64,000 bases of DNA from assembly GCA_002269645.1 (NCBI GenBank), contig NIVC01001920.1, positions 129,673 to 193,672 of the forward strand, read 5' to 3'. The position numbers and the translations under genes were made by a program. The first letter of the stretch is position 1, and the number at the start of each line of letters is the position of its first letter. Below the pieces are notes generated by a model. It was not told the origin of the DNA and made no database searches. It saw nothing but the letters and a program-made list of their open reading frames with translations. This DNA comes from Macrostomum lignano. Lineage: Eukaryota. Below, piece after piece: positions 58,464 through 64,000 of this stretch.

Positions 58464-58619
58464 GCGCCGCAGCTTGGACTGGTGGGCGAATTCGTCAGGA
58501 GGCTGCCGCCTTGATTCGCATGAGGGCACTGGAAACAGTTGATGGTCTGGTCTTCCGGCAACCGAGCTGCTTCATTAGATTCCTTTTTAGTTCTACCGAA
58601 AGGAACTCTCTTTCATTAT

Positions 58620-60897
58620 CTGCCGTCAGTGTCTAATTGTAGAGCTCTCTATCATTAGTGGCCGTCAGTGTCTAATTGCAGAGCTCTCAATCATTAGTGG
58701 CCGTCAGTGTCTAATTGCAGAGCTCTCTATCATTAGTGGCCGTCAGTGTCTAATTGCAGAGCTCTCAATCATTAGTGGCCGTCAGTGTCTAATTGCAGAG
58801 CTCTCTATCATTAGTGGCCGTCAGTGTCTAATTGCAGAGCTCTCAATCATTAGTGGCCGTCAGTGTCTAATTGCAGAGCTCTCTATCATTAGTGGCCGTC
58901 AGTGTCTAATTGCAGAGCTCTCAATCATTAGTGGCCGTCAGTGTCTAATTGCAGAGCTCTCTATCATTAGTGGCCGTCAGTGTCTAATTGCAGAGCTCTC
59001 AATCATTAGTGGCCGTCAGTGTCTAATTGGAGAGCTCTCTATCATTAGTGGCCGTCAGTGTCTAATTGCAGAGCTCTCAATCATTAGTGGCCGTCAGTGT
59101 CTAATTGCAGAGCTCTCTATCATTAGTGGCCGTCAGTGTCTAATTGCAGAGCTCTCAATCATTAGTGGCCGTCAGTGTCTAATCGGAGAGCTCTCTATCA
59201 TTAGTGGCCGTCAGTGTCTAATTGCAGAGCTCTCAATCATTAGTGGCCGTCAGTGTCTAATTGGAGAGCTCTCTATCATTAGTGGCCGTCAGTGTCTAAT
59301 TGCAGAGCTCTCTTTCATTAGTGGCCGTCAGTGTCTAATCGGAGAGCTCTCAATCATTAGTGGCCGTCAGTGTCTAATCGGAGAGCTCTCTATCATTAGT
59401 GGCCGTCAGTGTCTAATTGGAGAGCTCTCTATCATTAGTGGCCGTCAGTGTCTAATTGCAGAGCTCTCTATCATTAGTGGCCGTCAGTGTCTAATTGCAG
59501 AGCTCTCTATCATTAGTGGCCGTCAGTGTCTAATTGGAGAGCTCTCTATCATTAGTGGCCGTCAGTGTCTAATTGCAGAGCTCTCTATCATTAGTTGCCG
59601 TCAGTGTCTAATCGGAGAGCTCTCTTTCATTAGTGGCCGTCAGTGTCTAATCGGAGAGCTCTCTTTCATTAGTTGCCGTCAGTGTCTAATTGCAGAGCTC
59701 TCTTTCATTAGTTGCCGTCAGTGTCTAATTGCAGAGCTCTCTATCATTAGTGGCCGTCAGTGTCTAATTGGAGAGCTCTCTTTCATTAGTTGCCGTCAGT
59801 GTCTAATTGCAGAGCTCTCAATCATTAGTGGCCGTCAGTGTCTAATTGGAGAGCTCTCTATCATTAGTGGCCGTCAGTGTCTAATTGCAGAGCTCTCTTT
59901 CATTAGTGGCCGTCAGTGTCTAATCGGAGAGCTCTCAATCATTAGTGGCCGTCAGTGTCTAATCGGAGAGCTCTCTATCATTAGTGGCCGTCAGTGTCTA
60001 ATTGCAGAGCTCTCAATCATTAGTGGCCGTCAGTGTCTAATTGGAGAGCTCTCAATCATTAGTGGCCGTCAGTGTCTAATTGGAGAGCTCTCTATCATTA
60101 GTGGCCGTCAGTGTCTAATTGGAGAGCTCTCTATCATTAGTGGCCGTCAGTGTCTAATTGCAGAGCTCTCTATCATTAGTGGCCGTCAGTGTCTAATTGC
60201 AGAGCTCTCAATCATTAGTGGCCGTCAGTGTCTAATCGGAGAGCTCTCTATCATTAGTGGCCGTCAGTGTCTAATTGCAGAGCTCTCTTTCATTAGTTGC
60301 CGTCAGTGTCTAATTGCAGAGCTCTCTTTCATTAGTTGCCGTCAGTGTCTAATTGCAGAGCTCTCTTTCATTAGTTGCCGTCAGTGTCTAATTGCAGAGC
60401 TCTCTTTCATTAGTTGCCGTCAGTGTCTAATCGGAGAGCTCTCTTTCATTAGTTGCCGTCAGTGTCTAATCGGAGAGCTCTCTTTCATTAGTGGCCGTCA
60501 GTGTCTAATCGGAGAGCTCTCTTTCATTAGTGGCCGTCAGTGTCTAATTGCAGAGCTCTCTTTCATTAGTTGCCGTCAGTGTCTAATTGCAGAGCTCTCT
60601 TTCATTAGTGGCCGTCAGTGTCTAATCGGAGAGCTCTCTTTCATTAGTTGCCGTCAGTGTCTAATCGGAGGGCTCTCTTTCATTAGTGGCCGTCAGTGTC
60701 TAATCGGAGAGCTCTCTTTCATTAGTGGCCGTCAGTGTCTAATCGGAGAGCTCTCTTTCATTAGTTGCCGTCAGTGTCTAATCGGAGGGCTCTCTATCAT
60801 TAGTGGCCGTCAGTGTCTAATCGGAGAGCTCTCTTTCATTAGTTGCCGTCAGTGTCTAATCGGAGGGCTCTCTATCATTAGTTGCCGTCAGTGTCCT
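58620..60897. repeat. 39-bp minisatellite (TCATTAGTGGCCGTCAGTGTCTAATTGCAGAGCTCTCTA)n
   Basis: About 58 head-to-tail copies with no unique spacers. Confidence 0.97.
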
Positions 60898-61440
60898 AAT
60901 CAGGGCACACCAAAGATTTGCGGTTTTGACTTCTAATAGAATAACTTTGTAACTTTTTTTACCTATATGTGTTTTTTCCCGTGTGCTCAGAGCATATGAA
61001 AATTATGAAATCCTGCGGTGCCACGCTTTAAAGAAAGAAATATTGATAAAAACTAGCATTTACATGTACATGTGCTTCGACAGTGACAAATCAGTGCTTG
61101 TAATGTTTTACATAATGTTTACAACGAATTAGATTCACAGGCTAAATTTCCATTAATATTTATCCACGCAAAATGTTTTCCAAAGATCTTAATTTCGTCT
61201 TCCTGTCTTTGCCGGCCCAAGACCTGTCGTGAGCCGCGCAGCTTTAATCACCTTGGCGTAATCTGGTTCTAGTAGTTGAGGCCTAATCCAGATTCCAAAG
61301 GCCAAAATTGTCTGTCAGCCAAGATGACATGCAGCAGTCACTCGTCTTAATGAATTCACAAGGGATGCGTGGAGGGGTTGGCAGGCACCCTGGAGGCGAA
61401 CGTCAAGAATGGCACCACGGAGGAAATGAAGATTGAGATA

Positions 61441-61443
61441 CTG

Positions 61444-61537
<94 letters not shown>
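61441..61537. repeat. (CTA)n trinucleotide microsatellite
   Basis: About 32 units. Confidence 0.97.
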
Positions 61538-61735
61538 CGAGACTTTTTTAGTACATTAAAATACAAAGATTAAAATGAAACAGGTTGATAATCTATGGTT
61601 GGTCGGATTTCCGAAGTCTGTATAGGAATGACTCGGCTGTAACAACAAATGATACGTACATGTAATTGAATCTTTACTTCATGTAGAAGTTTTCAATTTT
61701 CCTTCCTGGCAGTACAAAGTCCCGTCACTCAGCCT

Positions 61736-63860
61736 TCAGAACTCCAGGCACGGGTTGCTGGGAGCATCCGATGCGGTGCCGCAAATCGAGGGGCTCCCGG
61801 CCTCGCTGGCCTCGACTGGCTGGTCGGCGGTGGTCTCGCAGCGCCAGGAGGCCCGCAGGCTCAGCCGGATCGGCTGTGCCCGCGCCTGAGCCGCCCGCTG
61901 GGAGGCGCCACCTTCAATGCGGCTACCCAGCCGGGAGCTGCCAGCCTGCAGGCACTGGCGCTCCGACCGCGCGCTCTCCTGACCCGCGCGCTTCCGGCGC
62001 AGCAGGCGCCAGAAGCCGAAGGTGGCGCTGAACGCCTGGCGGAACTGCTTGCTCATGCAGCAGTACAGCACGAAGTTCACCGAGTTGTTCACCAGGGCCA
62101 AGGTGTTGAGCAGCGCTGCGTAGGCACCCATGAAGCACTGGACCGCCGGCAGGCCCAGTTGCTCGTCCTCGAGGATGTTCAGCATGCTGACCGGGATCTC
62201 GTAGACGATGTACAGCACAATGATGACCATTAGGAAGGCGGTGGTGCGCCTGTGGCGCCGGGACCTGCGCTCGTGCCTGGCCGACCCGGGCTTCGGGTTC
62301 GCCAGCGATTCGCGACGGCGCTCGGTGCGGCGCAGACAGCGGATGATGCAGCAGCAGAGCCCCGCCATCAGCAGGCAGGGCAGCGCCTTCTGGGCCAGGC
62401 AGTTGAACAGCCGGATCTTGAAGGCGTGCCGCTGCTCCATCGACACCTGATCAGGCGATTGGGGTCGTCAAGCCCTCAGCTGAGCACAAAGCTACATGTA
62501 TACCCTTTAAATAAGCCCCAGATTGCACTCAGCTGAGCAGCAGATTACACTCAGCTGAGCAATAGATTACACTCAGCTGAGCACCAGATTACACTCAGCT
62601 GAGCACCACATTACACTCAGCTGAGCATCAGATTGCACTCAGCTGAGCATCAGATTACACTCAGCTGAGCATCAGATTACACTCAACTGAGCATCAGATT
62701 ACACTCAGCTGAGCATCAGATTACACTCAACTGAGCAGCAGATTACACTCAGCTGAGCACCAGATTACACTCAGCTGAGCACCAGATTACACTCAGCTGA
62801 GCACCACATTACACTCAGCTGAGCATCAGATTACACTCAGCTGAGCATCAGATTGCACTCAGCTGAGCATCAGATTGCACTCAGCTGAGCATCAGATTAC
62901 ACTCAACTGAGCAGCAGATTACACTCAGTTGAGCACCAGATTACACTCAGCTGAGCACCAGATTACACTCAGCTGAGCACCACATTACACTCAGCTGAGC
63001 ATCAGATTACACTCAGCTGAGCATCAGATTGCACTCAGCTGAGCATCAGATTGCACTCAGCTGAGCATCAGATTACACTCAACTGAGCAGCAGATTACAC
63101 TCAGCTGAGCACCAGATTACACTCAGCTGAGCACCAGATTACACTCAGCTGAGCACCAGATTACACTCAGCTGAGCACCAGATTACACTCAGCTGAGCAC
63201 CAGATTACACTCAGCTGAGCACCAGATTACACTCAGCTGATGGGGATCCAGGTACCAAAAACAAGTTCACAACGGTACCCACAGCCCCCCCCAGCTCACC
63301 TGGTAGGCGGTTTCGTTTCCGGCCACGCTGCCTCCCTGCTGCCTCAGCGGCTCCACCCTCAGATTCGCCGCGTACGGCGCCAGCGCGGCGCAGTTCGCCA
63401 GAAAGGCGAGCAGCAGCGCCAGGCGCGCCCTGGCCAGGCCGAACCAGACCTTCGTGCGCGGCGCGGCATAGTACTGCAAGTAGAAGAAGCGAAACAAGGC
63501 CAGCAGGACTCCGCACCAGAGAGCGAAGGCGTGCATCAGGTACATGACGACATTGCAGACAAGCAGCGCCGCCTGCCAGCCGTAGCTGCTGGCCGCCCGC
63601 TGGAACTGGGCCTGCAGAACTGCCGCAGCCAGGAAAATGAGCACCTTGCTGAGGTCGCTGACCGCGATGCCCAGCAGGATGCTGTTGGTCGGCGTGACCA
63701 TCTTGCGCTGGCTGAACACGGCGATGTTGAAGCAGTTCATCAGCACCGACAGCAGCGAGATGCTGCCGATCACCGGGACGCTGACGGCCGCAAAGCTCAG
63801 GCTGAGGGAGCTCTCCGGGCAGGTGGGGCCGGTTGAGTTGTCGAGGCCGACGCTGGACAT
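61736..63860 (-). CDS. Class A peptide GPCR of the myosuppressin/sex-peptide/FMRFamide receptor-like group, 2 exons (63860-63300, 62446-61736), ~423 aa
   Basis: TM1 'SVLMNCFNIAVFSQRKMVTPTNSILLGIAVSDL'; TM3 end 'GVLLALFRF' replacing DRY; TM5 'KALPCLL'; TM6 'TTAFLMVIIVLYIVYEIP'; TM7 'LVNNSVNFVLYCCMSKQFRQAF'. Junction CAG|GTGAGC...TCAG|GTG, phase 0. Confidence 0.88.
62518..63240. repeat. 22-bp minisatellite (CAGATTACACTCAGCTGAGCAY)n filling the GPCR intron
   Basis: About 33 copies; each unit contains the palindrome CTCAGCTGAG. Confidence 0.96.
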
Positions 63861-63910
63861 TCTGCTTGCTGCTGGAGTAGCGCGGGTGTGTTGCGGTGCG
63901 AGCCCTGCCC

Positions 63911-63912
<2 letters not shown>

Positions 63913-64000
<88 letters not shown>
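63913..64000. repeat. (TCTG)n microsatellite running off the window end
   Basis: Direct inspection. Confidence 0.97.

Noticed and set aside
58620-60897. 39-bp repeat array superficially CRISPR-like in unit length (also the 34268-34737 array)
   Set aside because: Units are head-to-tail with no unique spacers, there are no cas genes, and the context is eukaryotic.
61369-61551. Poly-leucine ORF
   Set aside because: Translation of the (CTA)n microsatellite.

Overview
Eukaryotic (animal) genomic DNA with GC-rich spliced genes, introns packed with micro/minisatellites, and AT-rich transposon nests. The style suggests a free-living flatworm such as Macrostomum; this is inference, with no marker gene in the window. 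Genes reconstructed by hand with GT-AG junctions and consistent phase: an NPY/NPF-type GPCR (-), an intronless membrane-anchored FkbM-family methyltransferase (+), AMPK beta (+), a small secreted prohormone-like ORF (-), an ankyrin-repeat protein (+), peroxiredoxin-5 (-), PUF60/half-pint (-), an F-box/WD40 protein (+) and a myosuppressin/sex-peptide-receptor-like GPCR (-). Mobile DNA: a decayed BEL/Pao LTR element with a tRNA-Lys PBS, a second Pao RT remnant, a Ty3/gypsy gag fragment, two copies of a tRNA-derived SINE with 13-bp TSDs, and four TIR elements with 8-9-bp TSDs (two nested). There is also a ~6 kb (ATCT)n satellite and ~25 other tandem arrays. Most notable: the F-box exon has no start codon but begins in frame right after a 3' splice acceptor, as expected if a trans-spliced leader ending in AUG supplies the initiator Met. 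The FkbM enzyme is a candidate Golgi glycan O-methyltransferase.
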